Below are positions 52,374 through 64,000 of a DNA stretch of 64,000 nucleotides, in pieces; position 1 is the stretch's first letter; the number at the start of each line of letters is the position of its first letter. The DNA is from Leucoraja erinacea (lineage: Eukaryota), in NCBI RefSeq assembly GCF_028641065.1, contig NC_073406.1, positions 7,192,001-7,256,000 on the forward strand. The letters are read 5' to 3'. The notes beneath the pieces were generated by a model. It did no database searches. It was not told the origin of the DNA and saw only the letters and a list, made by a program, of their open reading frames with translations. The position numbers and the translations under genes are program-made.

Positions 52374-55061
52374 ATGGGATGGGGCGTGGTTGGTGGGATA
52401 AATGAGTGAGGGGAGTAAAGAGGCAGAAATGGGTTTGGGAAAAGAAGATAGACACAAAGTGCTGGAGCAACTCAATGGGTCAGTGTTAAGAAGGGTCACG
52501 ACCTGAAACATCACCCATCCTTTTTCTCCAGAGATGCTGCCTGACTCGTTGAATTATTCCAACACTTTGTATCTCTCTTTGGTATAAACCAGCATTTGCA
52601 GTTCTTTGTTTCTACATTGGGAAAAGAAGAGTTAGCTCTGTTCCTGATTCTGATTTGGTGAACTTGACTGGCAGGGCCAGAGGTGGAATGGTTCAGGGGC
52701 TCTGACTCCATCTGCTAGCAGGGACAGCTCATCTAACACACTGTTGACTAGTGTAACGTAAGTTGCTGTTTGGGAATCCGATGAATCTGGTGGAATTACA
52801 TGTTTTACACTTCAACATGCTCCTTTTATTGTGTAGCATTTTCAGTGAGGTGAGGACAGGAGGGAATGACCTGGGGATAATTCTTGGCCCTTGTTTTGGG
52901 TCTGGAGAAACAGGGCAGATCACAAATGGACAGTTAACTCATGCTAATAAGCTTCTGTCACCCACTCAGTTCTCTGTAACTAAGGGGAAGTATTAATCGC
53001 ATCAGGCTTATTGTTGAACAGCTGCACAATAAAAGCCGGGCTACTTTTAGAGTGATTGGAATGCAAGGCAAACCAGGATGACAGAGCCAAGATAGCAGAG
53101 GCATGCAAACCCGCAGCAGTAAACAAAAGGCTTTCTAATCTAATAGTGGACTGAAATCCAGCACTGGCCAATTAAAACACGCCCCGACAATCCCGTCCAC
53201 ACCAAATCCCTCCACCCCATGCCACCCCAACCTCTTAACAAAAAAAACCTGATGCCAGCTTTTGTTGTTGGGCAGTCCTGGTGTGTACCTTTCAGGCTGT
53301 AATCCCTGGGTGACATTTACATGGTGATATGACCCTCTTGTCAATTTTTAATTTTAGATTTGACATTGCATAAATCTAAACCCAGTGGGATAAAAAATAA
53401 AATCCACACCATGTATATGATTAGATTCAGGCCTGTTTATTCACGGTTTCAAAGTGTTATTTACATTTCCAAAGTAGCGTTGAATTGTTGCTTTTGGATG
53501 AAAATTACAATTGGATTGTGGGCATGGCCATGAAGATTAGGAAGTCCAGGAGCTGAGCCAGCGATAGAGGCATAGCGCGGGGCAGCTGGAACCCTTTGTG
53601 ATGAAACGCAATCCCCCACAGGTGACTGGCTGGCTGTGTCTTTTTTAGTCACTGGGCTGCTCCCCTTGCCAACCTGATGTTCATTTTGTCCCTGCAAGCT
53701 TGTCCAGTCACCACTGATCAGCCGTCGACAGTCCGCTCACCGACGGAGACTCGGGACATTCCATTGACGGCACGTTCGGAGGGCGGCCAGCGTGAGGCGG
53801 GGGAGGGGGTGACTGCGGGGTGGGAAGGAGGGCGGCTCGTGTGTAACCTGGATGACTGAGAAGACCGAGGATCAGAGATGAGGCTGGATGAAACTGATGA
53901 CCACAGGTGAGAGCCCCCATTTCTATCTGAGTTTGACACATTGACTGGTGAAGTGGCTGAGGTGCAAGGTGGTGTTTCGCAGATCCACCGGGAGGAACTG
54001 AGTTGGTTCAGCAATGTTTTTACAGGGAAACGAGTGATGTTTTGACTATCTTGGGCTGGTGCAGTAGTATGGGGCCAAGCCAGATTTGTTGCCTTGCCTC
54101 TGACAAAATTGTGTGATCTTTTTGAGAGTCAAGAATGTTTAATTGTCATATGTACCAACAGTGGAACATTGAAACTCTTACTTGCAGCTGCAAAACAGGC
54201 CAGTAAATGCATTGCACATAGATAATGTATAATAAACAAAATTAATAACCACATTAGGGCATAAAACGGGAAACTTCCTGAGGCATGAGCATGTAATGTG
54301 ACGGTTCATCATGGTGCAGAGGTAGTGCCAAGCATGACATCTCTAGCCTATCAGATGAATGAAAACAACATGCCATGGTATAATATACATCAGGGTGTAT
54401 AATATTGTCCTGGAGCCCGGGGCAATGTTACTCACTATCATCACCAACAACAGATTATCAGGAGGTTAACACATTGCTGCTTGTGCCAAGTTGCCGTTCA
54501 CAGGTTTGCGTTCGTATCTCCTGCATTACCCACGGTGACTAAATCTCAATGCTACATCCTCGGCTGGGAGCATTTCGCTCATCCTGAAATCTGTTATAGA
54601 AATGCTTTTTTTTCCTTTCCTTCACAGAAATAGACAAAAGATAGAGATTTTCAATGGGCCAGGCTGCATCTGTGGAGAGAGACACAATTAATATTTCATG
54701 TACTTGGCTTTTCATCAGGACTGGGAATTAGAAAACCAACATAATGTGAATGGCGTGGAAGGAAGAAGGAGGAAAAATCAAAAGGACGGAGATCAGGAGA
54801 GTACGATGCAAACCTTCGCATCTCTTTTCTCTCTTCTCTCGTTCTGATGAAAGGCCTTTAATCTGAAATGTTAACTCAGTTCTCCACAGATACCACCTGA
54901 CTGGCTATGTATTTCTAGCATTTCTGATTTTATTTCAGATTTCCAGAATCTGCGGTTTTTGATTTTGTGATGCAAACGGAGATGGGTTTCGGCTGAGAAA
55001 AATTAGTGATTGTTTGATATTCACTGAAGAATTGTCAGAAACAAGACATAAAAAGGAGATG

Positions 55062-55248
55062 GTGCACAAAAATGCTGGAGAAACTCAGCGGGCGCAGCAG
55101 CATCTATGGAGCGAAGGAGATAGGCAACGTTTCGGCCCGAAACGTTGCCTACCTCCTCCGCTCCATAGATGCTGCTGCACCCGCCGAGTTTCTCCAGCAT
55201 TTTTGTGTACCTTCGATTTTCCAGCATCTGCAGTTCCTTCTTAAACAA
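55062..55248. mobile_element. Same fold-back family, folded at hammerhead stem II
   Basis: Hairpin centred on GTTTCGGCCCGAAAC; 14-bp TSD ATAAAAAGGAGATG at 55048-55061 and 55249-55262. Confidence 0.8.
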
Positions 55249-55329
55249 ATAAAAAGGAGATGAACGAAGAAGAGAGAAAAAAACAACACTGAAACTATGA
55301 GATATTAAAGACTGAGGTCGCCAAAAATC

Positions 55330-57190
55330 AGAACTAAAGGGTTGCCGGAAATACCCAGCAGAGCAGACAGCATCACTGGAGAGAGAAAGATTGAGTAATG
55401 TTACACGGTGTCGACCTTCCATCAGAACTGGCAAGACCGGTTCCCTGAAATGGTTGAATTCAGTGTTGTATCCTAAGAGCTAGATCATGCTGAATCAGAA
55501 GATCAGATGCTGCTCCTTGAACTTACATTGAGCTTTTTTGGAAGCGGTTTAAGTGGCAAAAGGCAGAGAGGTTAAAGCAGGAGAATTAATGGAGAATTAA
55601 AGTGAAGGCAACTGCAAGTTCAGTGTCCCCTTGAGGACTGGATGGAAATGTCCCGCAAAGTGATCACGCGGTCTCCGTTTGGTTTCTACAATGTAGAGGA
55701 GATCACCTCATGAGCACCGCATGCACTACACTAAATGGAAGGAGACAAGAGACTTGCTTCTTCATTTGAAAGAAGTGCTTGGATCGCAGGATAGTGGGAA
55801 GGGAAAGGGTGAAAGAGCAGGTCTTGCATCTCTTGCGCATGGAAAGATACCGCGAGTGGTGGAGATGACAGAGCGAACTAGGGAATTGCAAAGGGAATGG
55901 TCCCTTTTGAATGCTGAAAGGGTGTGAAGACATGGCTGGTGATGGCATTGAAAGAGGAGGAAATTACAGGGAATGTGGAGGGTGGTGGGGGGTAGAATAT
56001 GGGGAATGATCTACATTCAATTTGGTGTTAAAGGAGGGTATATGAGAGTAGAAATGCAGTAGGTTTGACAGATGTGGTTGAGAAGCTTGTTAATGATGGA
56101 AGAGAGGAAAGCAAAGGTAAGGAAAAAGGAATTCAACTGAGATTCTGTTGAATTTGTCCTTATCAGAACAGATTCAACAGAAATGAGTAAAATATACATG
56201 ATCATTCAGGATATCCAATAGATAAAATAGATAGCTTGTCCAAAGCAAGCGCTGTCTGCGGAGGGCGCTCAGCATCGCCAAGGACTGCTCTCACCCCAAC
56301 CATGGACTGTTTACCCTCCTACCATCCGGGAGGCGCTACAGGTCTCTCCGTTGCCGAACCAGCAGGTCGAGGATCAGCTTCTTTCCGGCGGCTGTCACTC
56401 TACTCAACAACGTACCTCGGTGACTGCCAATCACCACCCCCCCCCCGGACACTTATTATTATTTATTCAAATCGTTTGCTATGTCGCTCTTCCAGGGAGA
56501 TGCTAAATGCATTTCGTTGTCTCTGTACTGTACACTGACAATGACAATTAAAATTGAATCTGAATATGCCAGGGTAATTCAACTTGTGGATCTTGGAAAG
56601 GAGGTGGAAGCAGGGGACTGTAGTCCTGGAAGAAAGATCACCAGAGGCATTGAGGTCAGTGGTAATAGCCTCATGTAGAATGGTGGGTCATGGTTCTGAA
56701 GAAGGCATGAGGCAGTGCAGAGAGCTGGTCTTCAATTTTCCAAATCACAGCAGCACCGTCTTTGTCAATGGATTTGATGTCTCGGCTCGGGGTTAGTCAG
56801 CAGTAAACAGAATGCTGTGAGTTCAAAGGCGGGAGGTCAGAGTGAGTAAGGGTAGCGGACAAAGTGAGATAATGCATTTCACCGTGGTAATGAATAGAAA
56901 TGGAGAGGGTACACGGGGAGAGAACATCGACCAGGGGCATTGGGAATTCTGAAGCAGGAGGAAGGCTCTGCAGTCTGGGGTGAAGGCTCCTGATCAAGTA
57001 AATAGCATGGAGGTGAGCAGGACACACTGGAGCCTCTGCTGAGAACAGATAGCTGAGTGGGGAAGATTCTGGCAGGATGGTGAAAACACAGCAAGTGGTA
57101 AGACTAGGTGGAGAGATGGAAGTCAGAAGAAAGAGAAGCGGCAGAAAATTCAGAAGGGGTATTACAAATCAAGAGGACTTGATTCACAGA
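55330..57190 (-). mobile_element. Old degenerate Penelope element (RT N-terminal region, EN and pLTR), interrupted by a Rex1 fragment
   Basis: - strand remnant IKSIDKDGAAV at about 56745-56780 resembles IKPADKGGAVV; region 55440-55990 resembles the EN region at 50040-50525. Confidence 0.6.
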
Positions 57191-57262
57191 TTTTCCACAG
57201 GAATATTCCATGTATCCTTTGAATAATATAACACTGGGCCATGTGGTCTGTTTCTATTCCAG

Positions 57263-57395
57263 GCGTCTGTCGGTTGTGAAGGGAACCAGTGGACTCCCAA
57301 AGGTTGACCGATTGTTGAAGTTCCTGGTCGATAGCTCGGCTGACTGCGAGGAGGTGGTGCAGTGTGCAAACTGTGACCTGGAGTGCAAGAAGCAG
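57263..57395 (+). CDS. RNF207: RNF207 exon (RLSVVKGTSGLPKVDRLLKFLVDSSADCEEVVQCANCDLECKKQ)
   Basis: ttccag| acceptor, |gtgagg donor, 133 bp, phase consistent. Confidence 0.94.
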
Positions 57396-58403
57396 GTGAG
57401 GGGCGGGGGAGTTCTTGTAAAATCACTTAGAAAGTTGAAAAAGTAACAATTGCACGGGATTCTGACGGTGGCTTGAGTTTGGCTTGATTGTATTTGTGTA
57501 CGGTATTCGATGGTATTGCATCGCAAACAAAACAAAACTTTTCACTGTACCTCGGTATTTGTAACAATAATAAACCTAAACCTAAAGAATCTGTCTCTCC
57601 CAACACAGCACCTATTGCTGGGATCCAGTTCAATGAGAACCAGACATGTTCCTTATTTAGACATGTTTGAGTTTGGATGTTGAATCATTTTGATTGTGAG
57701 GTGTGCCTTTATTCAAATCGGATTCGGTCCCTATCCTCTTTTCACCCAGTTTCAAAAAATATCAAAGCACGTATGTCAAAATAAGTGTTGCCTATTCATT
57801 TTATGTCACCTGGTGCTGATTGGGCTTTGTTGAAATTGTTTACCCTTGTGGATCCCGGCATGATTGATAAATGGCCTGCATTGAAGTAGCCTTTCATCGC
57901 CTAGTTTAGAGATAGAAAAGTACAAATGGTGGTGATGCACTTCATGTGACCTAGTGAGGAGCTCAGCGGACTATATTGGTTTCCAATCTATCACCACATT
58001 TGTTTTAAAATTCCTAATGGTTCACATGTGCTAACACAGTGAAATTATTTTTCTTACCAACAGTCCAGTAGAGTATCGCCATATCCCCAATTATTAATTA
58101 GCAAGTGTGCAAAAATTGTCTACTGAGCCCGCATGCAAGAGGCGCCGTATTTAGTCGCCATTTCCAAAGTCCACGCTCCAGTTCCTATGAGCGGAGCCTG
58201 TTCCAGGCAAGTCCCAGGCTGTTGCGGGCCTCCAGCCATCTTCCTCTCCTCACTTGCCCACCTTTGTTCCCGGGAGTGCCTTCTGCAGTCAATCACAAGG
58301 GCGCTTGCGGCCAGAACTCATTCTTGTTTTTCCAATTCCTCCAGGATCTGGTCTTTCCAAATCTCTACAATCTCATCCAACCTTACAATTCTTGAAGAAT
58401 CTC

Positions 58404-58617
58404 GGGACGACAGATAGCACAATGGGCTAAGAGTTCGGCTGGCGACCGGAAGGTAGCCAGTTCAAATCCCGCTTGGAGTGCATACTGTCGTTGTGTCCTT
58501 GGGGCAAGACACTTCACCCACCTTTGCCTGTGTGTAATGTAATGTAATTATGTGAAGCACTTTGGGGTCAATGCAAGTTGACTGAAAATGTGCTATATAA
58601 ATAAGATTATTATTATA
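58404..58617 (+). mobile_element. Distinct tRNA SINE with CORE-like segment and L2-type tail
   Basis: B-box AGTTCAAATCC, GTGTCCTTGGGGCAAGACACTT core, (TGTAA)n spacer, tail AAGCACTTTGGG..AAAATGTGCTATATAAAT(TTA)n. Confidence 0.65.
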
Positions 58618-58724
58618 AGAACTTCGAGCCCCTCCAAATCTAACATCCTAGCAATCCCCCAACAACATGACTCTGAGTTCTCTCTTTGGCGCAGTGACTC
58701 ATGCTAATACTTTCTCTCATTCAG

Positions 58725-58869
58725 GATGCGAATGCCATGTTTTACTGCAACACGTGTGACCAGCCGCTCTGTGGTTCCTGCCGAGATGACACTCACAGAG
58801 CAAAAATGTTCGCCCGCCATGAAATCGTCACCCTCGCCAAACGCACCAAGGAGCTGCACAAGAAATGCC
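58725..58869 (+). CDS. RNF207: RNF207 exon, B-box (DANAMFYCNTCDQPLCGSCRDDTHRAKMFARHEIVTLAKRTKELHKKC)
   Basis: ttcag| acceptor, |gtaagg donor, 145 bp. Confidence 0.95.
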
Positions 58870-59905
58870 GTAAGGATCTCTCGTCTTAACTCAGAAACGG
58901 CACATTTCAAATAGTGGATGGGCGGTGATGCACTTTTGTGGCAACAAATAACATATTCAGAATAAATATAATAACTAAATCAGTATTTAAATCAACATTA
59001 ACAGAAAGCCAAGGAAATGCAAATGCTGAAATCTTGAACGGAACACAAAGTGCTGGAGGAACTCAGTGGGTCAGGCAGCATTTGTGGAGGGAATGTTTCG
59101 GGTCAGTCTGAAGAAGGGTCACCACCAGATATTCCATCTGTCCATTCCTTTCACAGAAGCTGCCTGACCCGTTGAGTTCCCCTGACAGTTTTTTTTTTGC
59201 TCAAACCTCAGAGCTGCACAGATCAGGGAGGCTTGTGTTTCAATCCCTGACACATGACGAGTATCTAGCCTGAGCCAGACTGACACATAAGGAGTTGCTA
59301 TATTACACAGCCAGCCAGAAATGGTGCATCAAGCAACAACAGGATTGGACTTAACCTTGATGTACCCCAAGGTCAAAAACCTGATTGTCTGGGCTCTTAA
59401 ATGTTGCCCAAGGACAACGGTCAAACTGCTTTGGTTGATCACCGCCTTTTGACAGTTAGGAAAATATTTGATGAATACAAAGGGAAAACAATGAAGGAAA
59501 CATACAACACTTCTATTGGGTATTGGCATCCCATACCACCTTATGGCAGCGTCTTTTTTTTTACAAAAAGATAGACATATCAATTAAAAATGAAGTTACT
59601 TTTATAAACAATATTTTCATCAATTCATCAGAATTGATTTTATGATTCTGTAAACTTTACTTGTGTGCTACACTCCTGGTTCCGATAAAAACGTCCTAAA
59701 GCCCCATTTTGCTGGGCTCGTGTTTCAAACCTTCTCCGGTCTCTCCATGCTTCTCATAAACATGCCAGGCAGCAGATTCTGATCGCTGGGAATGTGAGAC
59801 ATCGGGTGAACAAAATCAGCTTAGGAAGAGGATTTACCTAAATAGGCTCGAGGGGCTGTTCTCACTCTGACTTATGCTGTTGTATCTTGTGCTTCACCTC
59901 CTCAG

Positions 59906-59987
59906 CTCTGCATGAGGAACCATACATCATGTTCTCCACGGAGAAGATGTCCATGCTCTGCATCAACTGCTTCCGGGACATGCAAGT
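59906..59987 (+). CDS. RNF207: RNF207 exon (LHEEPYIMFSTEKMSMLCINCFRDMQ)
   Basis: ctcag| acceptor, |gtgagt donor, 82 bp. Confidence 0.93.
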
Positions 59988-60671
59988 GTGAGTCAGGCAT
60001 CCTTTGCCCAGGGCCCCCGATACATAACACGGGGTCGTGCAGATATAGAGTCAAGAAACAGGGTGTGCAGCTCTCCAGCAATTAACTAAGCACTTTCACA
60101 GTCAGGTGTTAATGCCAAGTGAGCTACAAGCTCCCTGCTGTTGGGTCTGGAATAACTTCTGGGGGCTTGTTAACACTCGGCTTAGACACCTTGACCAGAG
60201 GTGCCCAGGGAAAATGAGCATCTCCTTGTGCTACCCTGTAACTGGGAGTTGAAACTGGGACATCCCTGTACCAATGGTCAAAGATGGGGAATATTAGACA
60301 GACTTCAGCAAGGGTTACCTAGGCTGATAAGCCCTGTTTCACAGCAACCAAGCTGACTGACACAACAGTGTTATCGTAATTGCATCTGTGATGTATATGT
60401 AAATGCCAGCATCCTTAGACAGTCACATTTTCATTGACTGCACATCCCAGAATATTTACCCTTTGAAACAATGATGAGAAGATAGGGTAGAACTAAAACA
60501 AAACCCTGCATGCATTGAAAATCTGAAATGGTAAGAGATTGCAAAAATAATTGGAGAGGGAAACTAAACTGTGGCCATGATGGACATACGGATTTATTTT
60601 TTGAAGTAAAGTGCCTTTAAGGGTGTCTCTTGAACTGTTTGACTCATATGCCAATTATTTACCTCATGCAG

Positions 60672-60747
60672 TGAGAGCCGTGCCCACTGTATCGACATTG
60701 AGACCGCCTACATGCAAGGTTGTGCGAAACTGGACCTGGCTGTGATG
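60672..60747 (+). CDS. RNF207: RNF207 exon (ESRAHCIDIETAYMQGCAKLDLAVM)
   Basis: tgcag| acceptor, |gtatgc donor, 76 bp. Confidence 0.92.
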
Positions 60748-60844
60748 GTATGCACACTGGAACTTCATTAACTGGGATTAAGAGGGAATGTAATTCAGAT
60801 ATATAATCCGCCAGGATTACTCTGGAGCCTGGGGTAGTTTTGTC

Positions 60845-61144
60845 GTGAGATGGAGCATGGAAACAAGCCCTCTGCCCATCGAGTCCACGTCGATCATCGA
60901 TCACCCATTCACTAGTTCTATGTTATCCCACTTTCACATCCACTCACGGCACACTTGCAGTGATTTGAAGGGGGCCTGGTAACGTACAAACCCGCATGTC
61001 TGGCATGTGGGAGGAAACCGGAGCACCTGGGGGAGACAAACGCAGTCAAAGGGAGAACATGCAAACTCCACGCAGGCAGCACCCGAGGTCAGAATCAAAC
61101 TTGGGTCTCTGGTGCTTGGGACTAGCTGCTCCACTGTGTCGCCC
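60845..61144 (-). mobile_element. tRNA-derived SINE copy (reverse orientation)
   Basis: Reverse complement of the same consensus. Confidence 0.7.
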
Positions 61145-61675
61145 TTAGGAATCAAAGATGAATTTCCAGGGCAGTTTTGTGAGAGAAACCCAGGAGAAAA
61201 ATCATATTCTATTAAATGAAATTGTTTATTTTCAAATTTTCTTTTAACAATTTGCTTTCTCAGTTGCAACAATATTGGGGATGGAAACTAAGACTCTGGT
61301 GCAGAACCGCACAACTCTGGTTCACACAAAGGGTGGTGGGTGCATAGGACGAGCTGCCAGAGGAGGTCGTTGAGGCAGGGACTGTTGCAACATTTAAGAA
61401 ACAATAAAATAGGTGCAGGGATAGAATAGGTTTAGAGAGATATGGAGAACACGGATAGGCGATGTTTCGGGTCAGATTGTTACCTATCCATGTTCTCAAG
61501 AAATGCCGCGGAGTTTTACTCCAGCAGTATGTGTGTCTTTTTTTTTAAATGCAATAAAGGTTTGGCTTACCAAAGGAAGCCCAGATTGGATGAGTGGGAG
61601 CAACGGAACAGATGGTGCTTTTGAAAATGTAACCGGACACAGACAAAGGTGATTTTGTTGAGTTTTGTTTACTAG

Positions 61676-61801
61676 GCAGTAAAGGAGCTACAGACGTCCA
61701 CACGAGAGGCCATCATCCTCCTGAAGGCCATGATTGATGAGGTGAGACTCAATGCAAATGAGGAGGAGTCGTCCATCAGCTCACTCTTCAATAGTATGCA
61801 G
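61676..61801 (+). CDS. RNF207: RNF207 exon, coiled-coil (AVKELQTSTREAIILLKAMIDEVRLNANEEESSISSLFNSMQ)
   Basis: actag| acceptor, |gtgagg donor, 126 bp. No further exon was recognised before the window end. Confidence 0.92.
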
Positions 61802-62110
61802 GTGAGGCAGCAAGTCAATCATTTAAATGACTGTGGCTATTGCTGATGGTGAGGGTCTAGACACACAGACTGTTTTTCATTTCCTTGACTATTCTAGTGA
61901 TCCCCTGGTTGTTTCCCCATTGTCTACCACTGTGAGCCTGAGCTCATCCATAACTCAGCGTCCTAATTTTGAAATGATCAACTCGCATTCACCTTTGTCC
62001 TCGTAGCCTACGCTGTGTCCTGGCCCTTCAACCCTCGATTGTTAAATTGTCATCTGTTTTCAAACCCTTCATGATGTCCATGTCCCTGCAACCTCATCCT
62101 GTCTTACAAC

Positions 62111-62254
62111 TGGTGATTTTTTAGTCGACAAAAATGTGCCGGTACGCACCTGAAATAAACATACATGTTTTGTGGACGGACAACAAAATAACGACATTGA
62201 ACTTCTTAGAAGCATCATTAAACTGTACAAAATACCGTCACAAAAAAAGCACTG
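62111..62254. mobile_element. hAT-type MITE
   Basis: Right TIR AAAAAAAGCACTG, degenerate left TIR TGGTGATTTTTT, perfect 8-bp TSD CTTACAAC (62103-62110, 62255-62262); related remnant at about 1145-1190. Confidence 0.7.
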
Positions 62255-63311
62255 CTTACAACCTTAGAAATCGTTATGACCCTCCAGTTCACCCCTAACT
62301 TTCATCAATCCACAATGTGGGGGCTGGGCCTTCAATCATGCAGGCTCTACACTTAGGAATGCCCTCTCTGTGTCTTTCTTCAACTTAAGACACCCCTTAA
62401 AACCAACGGCATTCATTTAAGTTTTTGGTCAACTGCCCTAAAATCTCCAGATGTAGTCTGGTATCAAATTTTGTTTGGTCACATTTCTGTGAGGTGCATT
62501 GTATTGTTGCATTGTAGACAAGGTGCTACATCAATACGTTGTTCTTGTTTCTACTTTCTCCCGGCATCCATCCTTCACCAAGAAAATACAGGGTCCGGTT
62601 GTTCTACAATCTCTCCAAAATTCTTTCACTCTGAGCCCAGACAGCAGGGGATATAGACATCAGGGAAAAATGTTCCTTGTCTGTTAGTAATCCCAATTAA
62701 TAACCTGCAACTGGGAGGCTAGTAGTGATCCACCTCCCTTACTGTTAATTGAAAGACAAATCAGATAGACAATCTTGAGATCCAATGTTGGAGTTACTTG
62801 AGCCATGAGCCCCCAAGGCTCTCGCCATGAAGCGTTTCCTCACCACATCTCTGCGCCTGTTGTGAATTAATTCATAAAGACATTAATCATTGTCCATGAA
62901 CCTTGTGACCAGTTGAAAGATAAAAGGTGAGGAGATGATGCTTGTGTCCAGCAATTCTGATCCTTTTAAAAGCAGCTGCAATCTCCTTGTTGTTCAGTCA
63001 TGTTTCAGCCATGGTGCGATGAAGCGGTGGCCTTTGCGTGATGACAGAGATACATACCAATCCGAGGCATCATCACTTTATATAAACTCCATCTGAATTC
63101 ATGCTTCCAAATTAAAAACAACAGGACGCAGAGATAAATAGGAAGAAAAAACATCACAGCAATTAAGTTTGAACAAAGTCAGAAGGACCCCAAACCCGAA
63201 GCGTCGCCTAGCCATGTCTTCCAAAGATGCTGCTTCACCCGCTGTAAACCAGCATTTGTAGTTCCTTGTGGAGCAATTAGATATGCCGCATTAGGCCTCA
63301 GAGCCAATAAA

Positions 63312-63440
63312 CAGGGCTGCCAACTCTCACGCATTGAGCATGAGAATCACGCATTACGCCAAATTCTCACGCTCTCACGCTGATCACAAATTTCTCACGC
63401 TCTGTCGTGAGAAATTCTGTGAAATTTCAAAACTCATATC
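63312..63440 (+). mobile_element. Left end of a non-autonomous DNA transposon (hAT-like CAGGGCTGCCAAC terminus)
   Basis: Terminus CAGGGCTGCCAAC followed by several TCTCACGC/GTGAGA subterminal repeats; right end not seen. Confidence 0.6.
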
Positions 63441-63485
63441 AACCGCATGGGCCGCAGGTGTTGGAGAGCTGGGGCAGAGGGGGGG

Positions 63486-63753
63486 ATGGAAGCAGAAGCA
63501 GCGGCGGGGACAGATGCGGACAGGGAGCCGGGGCTGGCGAGTGTTTGCCAGACTGGCGAGTGTTCGCCGGGCTGGTGAGTCGCTCGCTGCAGCTCTGGCC
63601 ATGGAGCAGCCTCAGTGCAAGAGTCCCGGGCCGTCGGAAGCGTTGCGCTGCTGCCGTGAGAGTCTCTGTGCCGAATTCACCCAGGTGACCGGCATGGATC
63701 AGGCTGCGGCTCGGTGCATCCTGGGAGACAACCAGTGGCTGCTGGGAGTTAGT
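63486..63753 (+). pseudogene. TDP2: TDP2 (TTRAP) exon-1-like fragment, N-terminal UBA-like domain
   Basis: GCCATGG at 63601 opens MEQPQ..RESLCAEFTQVTGMDQAAARCILGDNQWLLG|GTTAGT, resembling TDP2 RRxLCxEFxxVxxxDxAxAxCxLxENDWxxE, with a donor at the expected exon-1 end. An upstream ATG at 63486 is shifted out of frame by a 19-bp tandem unit. Confidence 0.7.
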
Positions 63754-64000
63754 ACCAAGCACTGGGTAGAAACGGTGGAAGATAGTGGCCTTCAAATGGG
63801 GGTGGTTGGAGAAAGCATCCTGCTTGCCTGCTAGATTTTCACTTACTGTAACTGCAGGAAAAATGTTCCCGATGTTGGGGGAGCTCAGAACCAGGGGTCA
63901 CAGTTTAAGAATAAAGGGTGGGCCAGTTAGGACTGGGATGAGGACAAAATGTCTTCACCCAGAGAGTTGTGAATCTGTGGAATTCTCTGCCACAGAAGGC

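Noticed and set aside
63325-63420. Short spaced repeats resembling a CRISPR array
   Set aside because: 8-bp units with irregular spacing in eukaryotic DNA; better explained as transposon subterminal repeats.
61802-64000. Next RNF207 exon
   Set aside because: No convincing acceptor plus matching peptide; probably beyond the window.

Overview
Vertebrate genomic DNA, most likely an elasmobranch (skate/ray-like; inferred from the HE1-type tRNA SINEs, CR1, Rex1 and Penelope repeats). It carries the conserved CHD5-RPL22-RNF207 gene block. CHD5 is on the - strand (7 coding exons found, from the ATG at 22990 through PHD1; the gene continues past the left edge). RPL22 is on the - strand and complete (4 coding exons, 126 aa, 5'TOP promoter). 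RNF207 is on the + strand (6 coding exons, RING/B-box/coiled-coil; continues past the right edge). Introns are saturated with repeats, and most ORFs in the supplied track are repeat-derived or spurious. Most interesting signals: (1) many Penelope-derived fold-back mini-elements with a minimal hammerhead-ribozyme core and 14-15 bp TSDs, one being a 94-bp-arm hairpin with the core on both strands; (2) a CAAAG-terminated, 8-bp-TSD (P-element-like) MITE, plus a 17+17 bp palindrome with a perfect 8-bp TSD that matches a P-transposase excision footprint; (3) a TDP2 exon-1-like fragment directly behind a DNA-transposon end inside an RNF207 intron; (4) apparent absence of the CHD5 exon 3 homologue. 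All calls were made by eye; no database search was run.
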